Source: Nemertoderma westbladi
Taxonomy: Eukaryota; Animalia; Xenacoelomorpha
Reading direction: 5' to 3'
Assembly (NCBI GenBank): GCA_032718475.1
Contig: JAUCBJ010000684.1
Coordinates: forward strand, 27,909 to 91,908
Length of the DNA stretch: 64,000 nt
Shown piece after piece: positions 1 to 13,634 of the stretch (positions are counted from its first letter, which is position 1; each line of letters opens with the position of its first letter). The position numbers and the translations under genes are program-made. Under the pieces are notes generated by a model that was not told the DNA's origin, made no database searches, and saw nothing but the letters and a program-made list of their open reading frames with translations.

Positions 1-259
1 AAGCGGGTCAGAGTAAAACGCGGATCCGGATCAGGATCCGGATTCTATCATTTAACATTGTCCCTATGGAAGTCGACTGAATTTACATTTTTAGGGTGTA
101 ATCTGCGGATCCGTGCACTGCTAAATTTACCGAATCCGTAACCGAGTGTAAAACGCGGATTGGCTTTTTTTTTCGATCCGGAACGGAGTGTAAAACGCGG
201 ATTCATGTTGTAGGCTAAATCCTGAATGGAGTGTAAAACGCGGATTCATATTTCTACTG

Positions 260-2370
260 AATCCGGGATTGGGTGTAAAATACGGATTCAGGTTTATTAC
301 AAAATGTTATTGGATCCGGGAAGGGGTGTAAAACACGGATTCAAGTTTATTACCAAGTTTTATTGGATCCGGGACGGGGTGTAAAACTCGGATTCAAGTT
401 TATTACCAAAGTGTTACTGGATCCGGGGAGGGGTGTAAAACGCGGATTCGGGTTAATTACAAAGTGTTTCTGGATCCGGGACGGGGTGTAAAACGCGGAT
501 TCAAGTTTATTACCAAGTTTTATTGGATCCGGGACGGGGTGTAAAACTCGGATTCAAGTTTATTACCAAGTGTTACTGGATCCGGGAGGGGTGTAAAACT
601 CGGATTCAAGTTTATTACCAAAGTGTTACTGGATCCGGGGAGGGGTGTAAAACGCGGATTCGGGTTAATTACAAAGTGTTTCTGGATCCGGGACGGGGTG
701 TAAAACGCGGATTCAAGTTTATTACCAAGTTTTATTGGATCCGGGACGGGGTGTAAAACGCGGATTCAAGTTTATTACTAAGTTTTATTGGATCCGGGAA
801 GGGGTGTAAAATGCGGATTCATGTTTATTACCAAGTTTTATTGGATCCGGGACGGGGTGTAAAACGCGGATTCAAGTTTATTACCAAGTTTTATTGGATC
901 CGGGACGGGGTGTAAAACGCGGATTCAAGTTTATTACCAAGTTTTATTGGATCCGGGACGGGGTGTAAAACTCGGATTCAAGTTTATTACCAAAGTGTTA
1001 CTGGATCCGGGGAGGGGTGTAAAACGCGGATTCGGGTTAATTACAAAGTTTTATTGGATCCGGGACGGGGTGTAAAATGCGGACTCATGTTTATTACCAA
1101 GTTTTATTGGATCCGGGACGGGGTGTAAAACTCGGATTCAAGTTTATTACCAAAGTGTTACTGGATCCGGGGAGGGGTGTAAAACGCGGATTCAAGTTTA
1201 TTACCAAGTTTTATTGGATCCGGGACGGGGTGTAAAACGCGGATTCAAGTTTATTACTAAGTTTTATTGGATCCGGGAAGGGGTGTAAAATGCGGACTCA
1301 TGTTTATTACCAAGTTTTATTGGATCCGGGACGGGGTGTAAAATGCGGACTCATGTTTATTACCAAGTTTTATTGGATCCGGGACGGGGTGTAAAACTCG
1401 GATTCAAGTTTATTACCAAAGTGTTACTGGATCCGGGGAGGGGTGTAAAACGCGGATTCGGGTTAATTACAAAGTGTTTCTGGATCCGGGACGGGGTGTA
1501 AAACGCGGATTCAAGTTTATTACCAAGTTTTATTGGATCCGGGACGGGGTGTAAAACGCGGATTCAAGTTTATTACCAAGTTTTATTGGATCCGGGACGG
1601 GGTGTAAAACTCGGATTCAAGTTTATTACCAAAGTGTTACTGGATCCGGGGAGGGGTGTAAAACGCGGATTCGGGTTAATTACAAAGTGTTTCTGGATCC
1701 GGGACGGGGTGTAAAACGCGGATTCAAGTTTATTACCAAGTTTTATTGGATCCGGGACGGGGTGTAAAACGCGGATTCAAGTTTATTACTAAGTTTTATT
1801 GGATCCGGGAGGGGTGTAAAACGCGGATTCAAGTTATTACCAAAGTGTTACTGATCCGGGAAGGGGTGTAAAACGCGGATTCGGGTTAATTACAAAGTGT
1901 TTCTGGATCCGGGACGGGGTGTAAAACGCGGATTCAAGTTTATTACCAAGTTTTATTGGATCCGGGACGGGGTGTAAAATGCGGATTCAAGTTTATTACC
2001 AAGTTTTATTGGATCCGGGACGGGGTGTAAAACGCGGATTCAAGTTTATTACCAAGTTTTATTGGATCCGGGAGGGGTGTAAAACGCGGATTCGGGTTAA
2101 TTACAAAGTGTTTCTGGATCCGGGACGGGGTGTAAAATGCGGATTCAAGTTTATTACCAAGTTTTATTGGATCCGGGACGGGGTGTAAAATGCGGATTCA
2201 AGTTTATTACCAAGTTTTATTGGATCCGGGACGGGGTGTAAAACGCGAATTCAAGTTTATTACCAAGTTTTACCCGGGACGGGGTGTAAAACGCGGATTC
2301 GGGTTAATTACAAAGTGTTTCTGGATCCGGACGGGGTGTAAAACGCGGATTCAAGTTAATTAGTAAGTTT
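260..2370 (+). repeat. 53-bp tandem array (ggatccgggacggggtgtaaaacgcggattcaagtttattaccaagttttatt), about 40 copies
   Basis: GGATCC recurs at 53-bp spacing (e.g. 843, 896), with variant units interspersed. Confidence 0.95.
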
Positions 2371-2987
2371 TAATGAACATTTTGTAAAACGCATATGCAA
2401 TGAAGGCGCAGACCCTCATCTAGTTACAATTATTAATTAGTACAATGTTTATTGTTCTTTAGTAACTTTTCTTTCTTTAATAACCAGAGATTAATACCAG
2501 GATAATTAATTTTATCATAGACTACTATGCAAACGTAGGCAGTTTAACTTAAAAACATAGAAAATCGTTTTAGACCGTATTTCGTCTTTAAAAATGATAA
2601 GAAATTATACTGAACAGTTCAGCCTCCATAAATTACGAAGGCAGCACGCTTGCAAGGCCGCTTGCAAGGCAAATAGAGTACGCTATGATGCAGTACAAAC
2701 TACCGCCAGCTAGGCAGAACAGTGATTCTTGTTTGTAAGGGAGGTTGGGATGGATAAGCCAATCAGGGAACAGGACAGTAATCCTACCATACAATTGTCT
2801 ACAGAGCCGCTCTACCAGAGAGGTCACGTTCCCACGGTAGTAGTTTTTCAGCTAATCAATATCTAATAAAGTCTGACGGCTAAGCATCACCATCGCCCTT
2901 ATTAATAATTCATTGGGAAGCATTGACCCCTATTAAGGTGTCCCCCAGAGCCGGATTAAGCTTATGTGTGGCCCCTAGGCATAGAAC

Positions 2988-3835
2988 AATAAAACTTTGT
3001 AATTAACGTAAATCCGTGTTTTACACTCCATTCCGGATCCAACAAAACTTGGTAATTAACGTAAATCCATGTTTTACACTCCATTCCGGATCCAATAAAA
3101 CGTAGTAATTAACGTAAATCCGTGTTTTACACTCCATTCCGGATCCAACAAAACTTGGTAATTAACGAAAATCCGTGTTTTACACTCCATTCCGGATCCA
3201 ATAAAACGTAGTAATTAACGAAAATCCGTGTTTTACACTCCATTCCGGATCCAATAAAACTTTGTAATTAACGTAAATCCGTGTTTTACACTCCATTCCG
3301 GATCCAACAAAACTTGGTAATTAACGAAAATCCGTGTTTTACACTCCATTCCGGATCCAATAAAACGTAGTAATTAACGAAAATCCGTGTTTTACACTCC
3401 ATTCCGGATCCAATAAAACTTTGTAATTAACGTAAATCCGTGTTTTACACTCCATTCCGGATCCAATAAAACGTAGTAATTAACGTAAATCCGTGTTTTA
3501 CACTCCATTCCGGATCCAACAAAACTTGGTAATTAACGTAAATCCATGTTTTACACTCCATTCCGGATCCAATAAAACGTAGTAATTAACGTAAATCCGT
3601 GTTTTACACTCCATTCCGGATCCAACAAAACTTGGTAATTAACGAAAATCCGTGTTTTACACTCCATTCCGGATCCAATAAAACGTAGTAATTAACGAAA
3701 ATCCGTGTTTTACACTCCATTCCGGATCCAATAAAACTTGGTAATTAACGAAAATCCGTGTTTTACACTCCATTCCGGATCCAATAAAACTTGGTAATTA
3801 ACGAAAATCCGTATTTTACACTCCATTCCGGATTC
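2988..3835 (-). repeat. 53-bp tandem array (gtgttttacactccattccggatccaataaaacttggtaattaacgtaaatcc), about 16 copies, inverted relative of the left array
   Basis: Reverse complement aligns along its length to the 260-2370 unit with fixed substitutions. Confidence 0.95.
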
Positions 3836-5029
3836 ACAAAATATATGAATCCGCGTTTTACACTGCAATACGGATTGCGTATTTCAGAATCCGCATATTA
3901 CACTCAGTTACGGATTGTATGTAAATCCGGATCCGCCTTTTACACTCGCAAATCCGGGTCCTGATCCGTATCAGGATCCTGAATCCGGATCCGGATCCGC
4001 GTTTTACACCTACCCCCCTAAAGCTTTCAGCTTTCGGAATTTAGTTAGATTTTATTTGAAGTCAACTATTTAAAAAAATCCGTTGACTAACAAGTTAAAT
4101 AAAACCACTTTAACTAAATAACATCAAATGATAACTTAATAGTTGAAATGTCAACTAGTTGAACAGCACTGTTTGTTACTTTAACTTTATTCCCACTTAA
4201 ATAAGGATATTGAATTATATAATAATGATAATGAATAGGGATGTCCCGGAATCGATATTTTGATTCCGGCCGGAACCGGAACCGGAATTCAACATGCCGG
4301 AATATTCCGGCCGGAATTCCGGCCTGAACCGGATATTGTGAAATTAGTGAAATACAATAAATGACCCAGGAAATTTTATAATTTTTTATGAAACAAATGA
4401 ATTTTTTTAATTTCTACAGTAAGTTTGTTAATGAGATGACTCAGAACCTTGGGGGAATTAAGGTGGGTGGAGTGGAGAATGACCTGAGCTGTTTGTTACG
4501 GCCTATCGCGTCATTAGATCCTTTGGTGCAATATCCTGGTGTCTTTAAGGGAAAGGAGCATGTTACAGTGACATGTTATTCGAACCAAAACAATAAACGA
4601 GGCCAATAGTACATGTTACAGTTTAATTATTGCTGGGAATAAATATATTTATGGTAAGAAATGGATTTGCTGTAAATAGAAATTAAACTACTAAATTATG
4701 TAGCACCTACGACGCGGTCTGAACTAACGACCACTCGCAGGACCTGTACGTATTGTAATAACGTTTTATATTTATATTAGTTTTAGGTTAAAGTAGTAAT
4801 TGTAATTGTGTTAATCGTTAATCGAGTTTCATTGCTAACTAAGGTTGGCAATTTATTTAGCCTCCTGTAATTATCATATTATTTAATAATTAATGCAAAG
4901 TAAAATAATATAAAATCAATGTAAAATAATTTAAATTCAATGTAAAATATTGTAAGATCAATGTAAAATAATGTAAATTCAATCTAAAAAACGCCATTTT
5001 ATAAGCAAATTGGAAAAACCACCCGCTAA

Positions 5030-5350
5030 GGCCCGTGCTCCACTGGTAAGTCTTATCAAGTCTTAGTCAGAATAAATTATGAAACACATTGGTTTCAATG
5101 TTAGCGTCTCCACTGGTAAATCGTAAGTTACGACTGTGATTATGACCCATGTTCCATCTTTTGACATGAATCATGTGTTATATCCGGAAAGATGCCTCTG
5201 ATTGGTTACTTTGGGTATAATAAATATGCAGTAAATGTGAGTCGCACCTTATTTTTTTTATCAAATGACTTATGACTTATGTTACCAATGGAGCCAGGAG
5301 CCATTCATTTTGACATTCTGACTAAGCGACTTACCAGTGGAGCACGGGCC
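5030..5350. mobile_element. PIF/Harbinger-type MITE nested in the hAT element
   Basis: TIRs ggcccgtgctccactggtaagtc / gacttaccagtggagcacgggcc; TAA TSD on both sides. Confidence 0.9.
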
Positions 5351-5599
5351 TAATGATGCATTTCATAAAATATCTTCAGAACGACAAAGGGTTTAATTAG
5401 TTAATGTAAATTAAAAGGGTTATTTTGAATTGAATTGTATATGAATACTACTTAAGTGGTGTAACAGATGGTGGGACCATTTAGTTTGATTACCAGGTAA
5501 AAAATTTTTGGAAATGTGTTACATACCCATCCAAGACTGAATTCACTGTAATAAACAGGGTGGCTGTGAATTTTCCCTCGTTACATAGGTTAGTTAGGT

Positions 5600-5760
5600 T
5601 CCACCTTGGTGTAATGGTTGCATTGAATTCCAATCTATCTGGAGGTCGTGGGTTCGATCCCTGCATGTGGGCCAAGGCAGTTTTCGATTCAGCACGAATG
5701 GTTTGAAGGGGCTAACCAGGGGGCATCTATGCCTTGCATCCAAATGTTAGCTCTAACGGT
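5600..5760 (+). mobile_element. tRNA-derived SINE fragment
   Basis: Pol III box A-like tggtgtaatgg and box B ggttcgatcc; homologous inverted copy at 13635-13789. Confidence 0.65.
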
Positions 5761-7916
5761 CAAAGAAAACTTTATTTCTATACTTTTTTACAAGTGTTGA
5801 AAAGTATCTTAAACTAATTGGTAATATTGTGTAAAAAATATATAAATGTTGATAATAATTTAACAAACTAATTGCAGCTATTAAACTAGATATGAACCTT
5901 GTAATTCCGGTAAAATTCCGGCCGGAATTGACCCCATTCCGGCAATTCCGGCCGGAACCGGAATCGGGCAAAAACCGCCGGAATTCCGGGACATCCCTAA
6001 TAATGAACCACAGTAAAGGTACAATATACAATAATATATGATATTATCGAAACAAACAAAATTATTAATAATATAGTATATTATATTTTATTTATTGAAA
6101 TATATAATGCTTAAAAGCAATTTTTTAATTTATACATAAGTTGTAATAATCCGTTAGACTGTCGCACAGCAAATAGGTAGATCGTTCCAGATTACTGGGG
6201 CTAGAGAGTAAATAGATTGAGTTCGGAATTTTAGCCCATTCACATGGAAAGCATCCCCATGGGGGGGGGGGGGGGCTTATTTTACGGATATACTTAAGGA
6301 GAGGTTGGCTGCTTGAGAGACGGATACGAAATTGTATGGTTAACTGTGTCTTTGATATCTATCGAGAGTAGAAAAAATTGTTATTTTTTTATTTATATAG
6401 ATATGATTGAAACATTTTTTAAGCATAAGTTTGCTATATGTTTAAATACATGCTGCATATAAATACAATGCAGCTTTTATCGATTGTTCTAGAACATGAA
6501 ATTGTTTAATTAAAAGTTAACATGTTCTAGAACATATTAAGATATAATACCAAGAAATTTCAAGTTTTTATCACGAGCGAATGAATGCTACAATACCAAC
6601 GAGTGGAAAAGTCAACACGCGAGGGCAGGATATCTGAATTTCACCCAAGAAAATCAGTGGAAAATCTTGTTTTCCGTTACGTTTTTATTTCGAGTATGAA
6701 GTTTTATTTTAAAAAATAATCACCAGCGTTATATATCACTATATCCTTTAATTTATTAGCTGTAGAACCTCAGAAAACTCGACATCCTCAATGAAATTGT
6801 CGAGCACGTCTATATCGCCAAGAAGGATATTACTATTGGGTTATTTTTAGGCTAATTGTTACTATTAATTACTTCATTGACAGTTAAAGACCGACAATTT
6901 TTCGCGGGAGGTTTAAATTGATATGCGTTTTAGTCGGAATATTTATTTAACGTTTTTGTGCCACTCATAATGGCATTTTTAATCAAATTGTTTGAAATTT
7001 TCAGTGAATGGTCTTGACATGTTGACCAATAAAATATATTGACAGAATTTTAAAATTTGGAGTTAAGTTGTGTTTTGGACCGACAATTTGAAAAATTAAA
7101 AAAATATACTTTTTGGTCAGATAAAATAATCAAAATTATGTCTTTAGAAATGTTTTATTGGTCAATATCTCTAAGACCAGTAGACCATTCACTGAAACTG
7201 AAATTTTCCGTGAAAATCATACGAACGAACCAATAGATAACATATAAATGTTTCATTTTAATGCATATATTATATTTGTGTCTCGTAACAGAGCCTCATG
7301 CTGCGCGAAGGCCACACGAACGTGTAACCTCTGAGAATTATTGTAGCCTATCAAGTATAAATTGTAAAGACCCCCTTTTATTAATAATTCATAAATTTAT
7401 ATAATTTAACTATTTTACGACGGTCGAAGGATTTATTTTAAGGTGTACAAGGTAGTGGGTGTGGCAGGAAAGTGCGATCTGTTTGTGCAACTTAGTTAGT
7501 AATTACGGGGAGCAGTTAAACATGATATTATTTCTTTATAAAGACCTGTAGTACCACGATGTGGTCGACAGGTGGCTGGGTGGATGTCATTTAGATTCTA
7601 GTCTCGGTTAATATAATTTGTTTTTTCCATTTTGTTTAATAAAACGATATGGTTAACCGTGTCAAATTGTGTTTTTTGCTTACTTTTTTTTATCCAATAA
7701 TAAAATATATTCATTTTTAGATAATTATCATGAAAATTAGTGAAAAAGGTTAGATTAATTCACTCACTTTAAAAATATTTGTGAGAAAAAATGGATTTTC
7801 AAATAAAAAGTCTCACATTAATAATTTATTTCTAACTGAGTAATAAATTATATCTATTGTAGTTCCCTACCTTCCAGGGTTGTTATTAATTGATTATTAT
7901 TAATTAATATTAACAG

Positions 7917-8579
7917 ATCACGGAACTGAAGGAAGCGTTTCTGCGCGGTAAGATCTGCGGTAAGGAAGTGAGTAAATACGACGTCCACGTCGTGTGCGGA
8001 GCCCTCAAGGACTTCCTGCGAAACCTGAACGAACCGCTGGTAACGTACGCGCTGCACCCCGCGTTCCTGGACGCCGGTTCCTCCGGCAACCGGTCGGACG
8101 CGGAGCGGCTGGTCAACCAACTCCCCCCGGCGAACCGACACACACTAGCCATGCTGATGCTGCACTTCCAGCAGATCGCCGACGTCCCCGAGATCAAGAT
8201 GGGCGTGTCAAACCTCGCCAAGACGTTCGGGCCAACGATAATAGGTTACCGCGACAACCGGGACATGTTGAACGTGACCATGCGACAGCAACCCGTTCTG
8301 GAACTCCTCATGGGTCTGGGCCCCGGGTTCTGGGCGGGTCTGCTGAAGGGCGAGGAGGGCGGTACGGGCGATTACTACGGGACGCCCCGGACGCCCGAGC
8401 AGTTGGGTCCGGTGTCCGACAGTATGCTCGGACCGGTGACCCGCTCCGGGGTGAAGAAGACCCCCTCGGCCAGCGGGAGGGCTAAACATTTCCTCGGTTT
8501 TACTCCCAAGAGTTCCCACGGGACCGGGAAGTCGGCTCGAATTAATAAGGACCATTACGAGAACCCGACATTGAGGTAG
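7917..8579 (+). CDS. RACGAP1: Terminal coding exon of Rac GTPase-activating protein 1 (MgcRacGAP/CYK-4-like): C-terminal RhoGAP domain and tail
   Basis: Acceptor ttaacag|ATC is in frame with ORF 7968-8579. ITELKEAFLR..DVHVVCGALKDFLRNLNEPL..LPPANRHTLAMLMLH..KMGVSNLAKTFGPTIIG matches RacGAP1-type RhoGAP, and the tail TPRTPE..SMLGPVT..KTPS..NPTLR* resembles the RacGAP1 C-terminus. Upstream exons not found in the window. Confidence 0.88.
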   Translation: MTELKEAFLRGKICGKEVSKYDVHVVCGALKDFLRNLNEPLVTYALHPAFLDAGSSGNRSDAERLVNQLPPANRHTLAMLMLHFQQIADVPEIKMGVSNLAKTFGPTIIGYRDNRDMLNVTMRQQPVLELLMGLGPGFWAGLLKGEEGGTGDYYGTPRTPEQLGPVSDSMLGPVTRSGVKKTPSASGRAKHFLGFTPKSSHGTGKSARINKDHYENPTLR

Positions 8580-8794
8580 ATAGTTGATATTATTGTGAAC
8601 GTTTTATGTTCTAGAACGGAGATGGTTGACATTATTGTGAACGTTTTATGTTCTAGAACGACCTGTTTTTGGCAAGTGAATTAATATGTTACCGGATGAT
8701 CAGGTGTCAGGCAATAGGATGAAAGGAAGGAATTACAGTAATCTGGATAGTATTTACAGCGTTTCTCACTAAATGTTAACTTATTATACATCTA

Positions 8795-9962
8795 TTTGTG
8801 GCTCAGTCCGTAGTTATGGGTTTGTGGCTCAGTCCGTAGTTAGGGGTTTGTGGCTCAGTCCGTAGTTATGGGTTTGTGGCTCAGTCCGTAGTTAGGGGTT
8901 TGTGGCTCAGTCCGTAGTTAAGGGGTTTGTGGCTCAGTCCGTAGTTAGGGGTTTGTGGCTCAGTCCGTAGTTAGGGGTTTGTGGCTCAGTCCGTAGTTAA
9001 GGGGTTTGTGGCTCAGTCCGTAGTTAGGGGTTTGTGGCTCAGTCCATAGTTAGGGGTTTATGGCTCAGTCCGTAGTTAGGGGTTTGTGGCTCAGTCCGTA
9101 GTTAGGGGTTTATGGCTCAGTCCGTAGTTAGGGGTTTGTGGCTCAGTCCGTAGTTATGGGTTTGTGGCTCAGTCCGTAGTTAGGGGTTTGTGGCTCAGCC
9201 CTAGTTAGAGGTTTGTGGCTCAGTCCGTAGTTAGGGGTTTGTGGCTCAGTCCGTAGTTAGGGGTTTGTGGCTCAGTCCGTAGTTAGGGGTTTGTGGCTCA
9301 GTCCGTAGTTAGGAGTTTGTGGCTCAGTCCGTAGTTAGGGGTTTGTGGCTCAGTCCGTAGTTAGGGGTTTGTGGCTCAGTCCGTAGTTAGGGGTTTGTGG
9401 CTCAGTCCGTAGTTAGGGGTTTGTGGCTCAGTCCGTAGTTAGGAGTTTGTGGCTCAGTCCGTAGTTAGGGGTTTGTGGCTCAGTCCGTAGTTAGGGGTTT
9501 GTGGCTCAGTCCGTAGTTAGGGGTTTGTGGCTCAGTCCGTAGTTAGGGGTTTGTGGCTCAGTCCGTAGTTAGGGGTTTGTGGCTCAGTCCGTAGTTAGGG
9601 GTTTGTGGCTCAGTCCGTAGTTAGGGGTTTGTGGCTCAGTCCGTAGTTAGGGGTTTGTGGCTCAGTCCGTAGTTAGGGGTTTGTGGCTCAGTCCGTAGTT
9701 AGGGGTTTGTGGCTCAGTCCGTAGTTAGGGGTTTGTGGCTCAGCCCTAGTTAGAGGTTTGTGGCTCAGTCCGTAGTTAGGGGTTTGTGGCTCAGTCCGTA
9801 GTTAGGGGTTTGTGGCTCAGTCCGTAGTTAGGGGTTTGTGGCTCAGTCCGTAGTTAGGGGTTTGTGGCTCAGTCCGTAGTTAGGGGTTTGTGGCTCAGTC
9901 CGTAGTTAGGGGTTTGTGGCTCAGTCCGTAGTTAGGGGTTTGTGGCTCAGTCCGTAGTTAGG
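8795..9962 (+). repeat. 26-bp minisatellite (tttgtggctcagtccgtagttagggg), about 45 copies
   Basis: Near-perfect direct tandem repeat. Confidence 0.97.
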
Positions 9963-10188
9963 AAGTTTCCGTGTTTTCATTACTAGTAGGGAAAGGAACG
10001 TTTGCATTCTCTTTTAGGTGATTGACATACGTTGCAGCCTAGTTTTTATAAAACGAAACTTTTAATAGGTCTAATATTGTGACGAGGTTATTTCCCGCTC
10101 ACAATTGGGCTCAATTATTAGTTAGGGTTGGATTTATTTTCCAACTTCAAATTATTCTTTTAATTATTCCAACATGATTTCGCATTCG

Positions 10189-12430
10189 TATTGGCTGTAC
10201 TAATTTGGCCCCCATTACACCCCTTTCATCCCATTGGCTGTACCAGTTTGCCGCCCATTACACCCTTTCAACCCATTGGCTGTACCAGTTTGGCCCCCAT
10301 TACACCCTTTCATTCTATTGGCTGTACCAGTTTGGTCCCCATTACACCCCTTTCATCCCATTGGCTGTACCAGTTTGCCGCCCATTACTCCCTTTCAACC
10401 CATTGGCTGAACCAGTTTGGCCCCCATTACACCCTTTCATCCCATTGGCTGTACCAGTTTGGCCCCCATTACACCCTTTCATCCCATTGGCTGTACCAGT
10501 TTGGCCCCCATTACACCCTTTCATCCCATTGGCTGTACCAGTTTGCCGCCCATTACACCCTTTCATCCTATTGGCTGTACCAGTTTGGCCTCCATTACAC
10601 CCTTTCATCCCATTGGCTGTACCAGTTTGGCCCCCATTACACCCTTTCATCCCATTGGATGTACCAGTTTGGCCTCCATTACACCCTTTCATCCCATTGG
10701 CTGTACCAGTTTGGCCTCCATTACACCCTTTCATCCTATTGGCTGTACCAGTTTGGCCTCCATTACACCCTTTCATCTCATTGGATGTACCAGTTTGGCC
10801 CCCATTACACCCTTTCATCCCATTGGCTGTACCAGTTTGGCCTCCATTACACCCTTTCATCCCATTGGCTGTACCAGTTTGCCGCCCATTACACCCTTTC
10901 ATCCCATTGGCTGTACCAGTTTGGCCTCCATTACACCCTTTCATCCTATTGGCTGTACCAGTTTGGCCTCCATTACACCCTTTCATCTCATTGGATGTAC
11001 CAGTTTGGCACCCATTACACCCTTTCATCCCATTGGCTGTACCAGTTTGGCCCCCATTACACCCTTTCATCCCATTGGCTGTACCAGTTTGGCCCCCATT
11101 ACACCCTTTCATCCCATTGGCTGTACCAGTTTGGCCCCCATTACACCCTTTCATCCCATTGGCTGTACCAGTTTGGCCCCCATTACACCCTTTCATCCCA
11201 TTGGCTGTACCAGTTTGGCCCCCATTACACCTTTTCATCCCATTGGCTGAACCAGTTTGGCCTCCATTACACCCATTCATCCCATTGGCTGTACCAGTTT
11301 GGCCCCCATTACACCCTTTCATCTCATTGGATGTACCAGTTTGGCCCCCCATTACACCCTTTCATCCTATTGGCTCTACCAGTTTGGCCTCCATTACACC
11401 CTTTCATCCCATTGGCTTTACCAGTTTGGCCCCCATTACACCCCTTTCATCCCATTGGCTGTACCAGTTTGCCGCCCATTACACCCTTTCAACCCATTGG
11501 CTGAACCAGTTTGGCCCCCATTGCACCTTGTCATCCTATTGGCTGTACCAGTTTGGCCCCCATTACACCCTTTCATCCCATTGGATGTACCAGTTTGGCC
11601 CCCATTACACCCTTTCATCCCATTGGCTGTACCAGTTTGGCCTCCATTACACCCTTTCATCCTATTGGCTGTACCAGTTTGGCCTCCATTACACCCTTTC
11701 ATCTCATTGGATGTACCAGTTTGGCCCCCATTACACCCTTTCATCCCATTGGCTGTACCAGTTTGCCGCCCATTACACCCTTTCATCCCATTGGCTGTAC
11801 CAGTTTGGCCTCCATTACACCCTTTCATCCTATTGGCTGTACCAGTTTGGCCTCCATTACACCCTTTCATCTCATTGGATGTACCAGTTTGGCCCCCATT
11901 ACACCCTTTCATCCCATTGGCTGTACCAGTTTGGCCTCCATTACACCCTTTCATCCTATTGGCTGTACCAGTTTGGCCCCCATTACACCCTTTCATCCCA
12001 TTGGCTGTACCAGTTTGGCCCCCATTACACCCTTTCATCCCATTGGCTGTACCAGTTTGGCCCCCATTACACCCCTTTCATCCTATTGGCTGTACCAGTT
12101 TGGCCTCCATTACACTCTTTCATTCCATTGGCTGTACCAGTTTGGCCTCCATTACACCCTTTCATCCTATTGGCTGTACCAGTTTGGCCCCCATGACACC
12201 CTTTCATCCCATTGGCTGTACCAGTTTGGCCCCCATTACACCCTTTCATCCCATTGGCTGTACCAGTTTGGCCTCCATTACACCCTTTCATCCCATTGGC
12301 TGTACCAGTTTGCCGCCCAATACACCCTTTCATCCTATTGGCTGTACCAGTTTGGCCCCCATTACACCCCTTTCATCCTATTGGCTGTACCAGTTTGGCC
12401 TCCATTACACACTTTCATCCTATTGGCTGA
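10189..12430 (+). repeat. 39-bp minisatellite (core cattacaccctttcatcccattggctgtaccagtttgg), about 57 copies
   Basis: Direct tandem repeat; 13-aa periodic ORFs in several frames are by-products. Confidence 0.97.
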
Positions 12431-13634
12431 CCACCTCCCAACTCGTCTCTAATACGTTCAGTTTTGTATTTAAATTTAATTTCCTCTTTTTTTAGTGAAA
12501 TATTATACCGCGCGGTATATTTTATTCTTATTTAAGTTATTCGATTTTATTAAACTAACTAACTGTACAAACAAGACGTTTATTTAGTGTCATACTTTGT
12601 ATGAAACACAGAAAGTGAATGAACAGCTATGCAATTTAGGCGAACCTGCACGCTATTTATATAAAAATATGCAATATTTTTTAGAATAAACTTGAGAATG
12701 TTGACTGTTGAGCCAATGGAGTTGTCTAGTCTAGTATTTAGAAAAACATGCAATTTGGTTTTAGTGTATTAAAGGGTTTATTTATCCAATATTTAATATT
12801 GTCAATAAATAATAAAAAACATCCCACAAAGACAGATTAAACGATATCAGCTCTATACCTTTACATATTATATGTAAAGGCATCATATGCAGCATATCAG
12901 CAAAGCAATCATATGCTATATATTTACATCCTTATTACATAATATTGTGCGACTAAACCATATTGCCCGTCTACAATGATTCAACTTGCTTTGTTGCTAA
13001 CTTAGCAGGCGGGACCTTTCTCAATAATTTGTTTAAAATGATCGTTTTGGAATTTTATAATTTATTACCTATTATTTTGTGTTCACGTAATTTTTGCATG
13101 CTGTGTCTTTATGTTTATTTATACTTTCTGTGTCAGAGTCATTTATATTATTATCCATCATTTACTTTATACTTATTTTACAATGTTAAAGTTATTTCCC
13201 CTGTGGTTTCTGGTTTATTATCCAGTTTATAATATAAAACTGAAAAATCTTGTTCTCTTTCGCAAATATTAACTTTAATAATGAACAAAAATCTAAGACC
13301 GGACGTGAACCGGAATTTCATTTGTTAAGAGTTTCATGATCCAAGCGTTATCAATGAATTAAATAGAGAAGATTCTGTAACTGTATTCGTAAATTTAATT
13401 ATTTTAAGGATAGTATCGATCTACAACCCAACTGGTAATTGTTTACCTTTGGCGGCAGGGAGGTTGTAGGGATGTTGGGGATGTCTTATTATTGACATCA
13501 GTGGATGCGGATTTCTAGTAAATAATGTTCACTACTGCATGTTTGAAGGTAAATAGTAATAAAGGTTTTCTTAGGCCTTTAGGCCAGGGATTGCGCAGAC
13601 AGACTTACGACTTCTTTCCAGTGTGTTCCCACCA

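Larger units (their letters stand above)
5..4018. mobile_element. Foldback/Mutator-like non-autonomous element whose two arms are inverted 53-bp tandem arrays
   Basis: Left end gtaaaacgcggatccggatc is the reverse complement of gatccggatccgcgttttac near 4000. The left array (~260-2370) and right array (~2990-3835) are inverted, homologous 53-bp units around a ~600 bp spacer. No coding capacity seen; left TSD not visible at the window edge. Confidence 0.7.
4236..5999. mobile_element. hAT-type non-autonomous element
   Basis: TIRs tagggatgtcccggaat / attccgggacatcccta; exact 8-bp TSD ataatgaa (4228-4235, 6000-6007); subterminal ccgg(aa) repeats. Confidence 0.9.

Noticed and set aside
6999-7197. 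Inverted repeat tttcagtgaatggtct / agaccattcactgaaa as a MITE
   Set aside because: No TSD or recognisable termini; probably an internal remnant of an old element.
6480-8660. Recurrent gttctagaac / aacatgtt palindromes as heat-shock or p53 sites
   Set aside because: Incomplete matches in intronic or 3' positions; the 8585-8660 pair is a simple local duplication.
260-12430. CRISPR-like appearance of regular repeats
   Set aside because: Units are head-to-tail with no unique spacers, no cas genes, and the context is eukaryotic.
10191-12495. Long ORFs in several frames (HYTLSSHWLYQFG, PLAVPVWPPLHPF, GCNGGQTGTANGMK repeats)
   Set aside because: By-products of a stop-poor 39-bp minisatellite; open in many frames with no unique domains.
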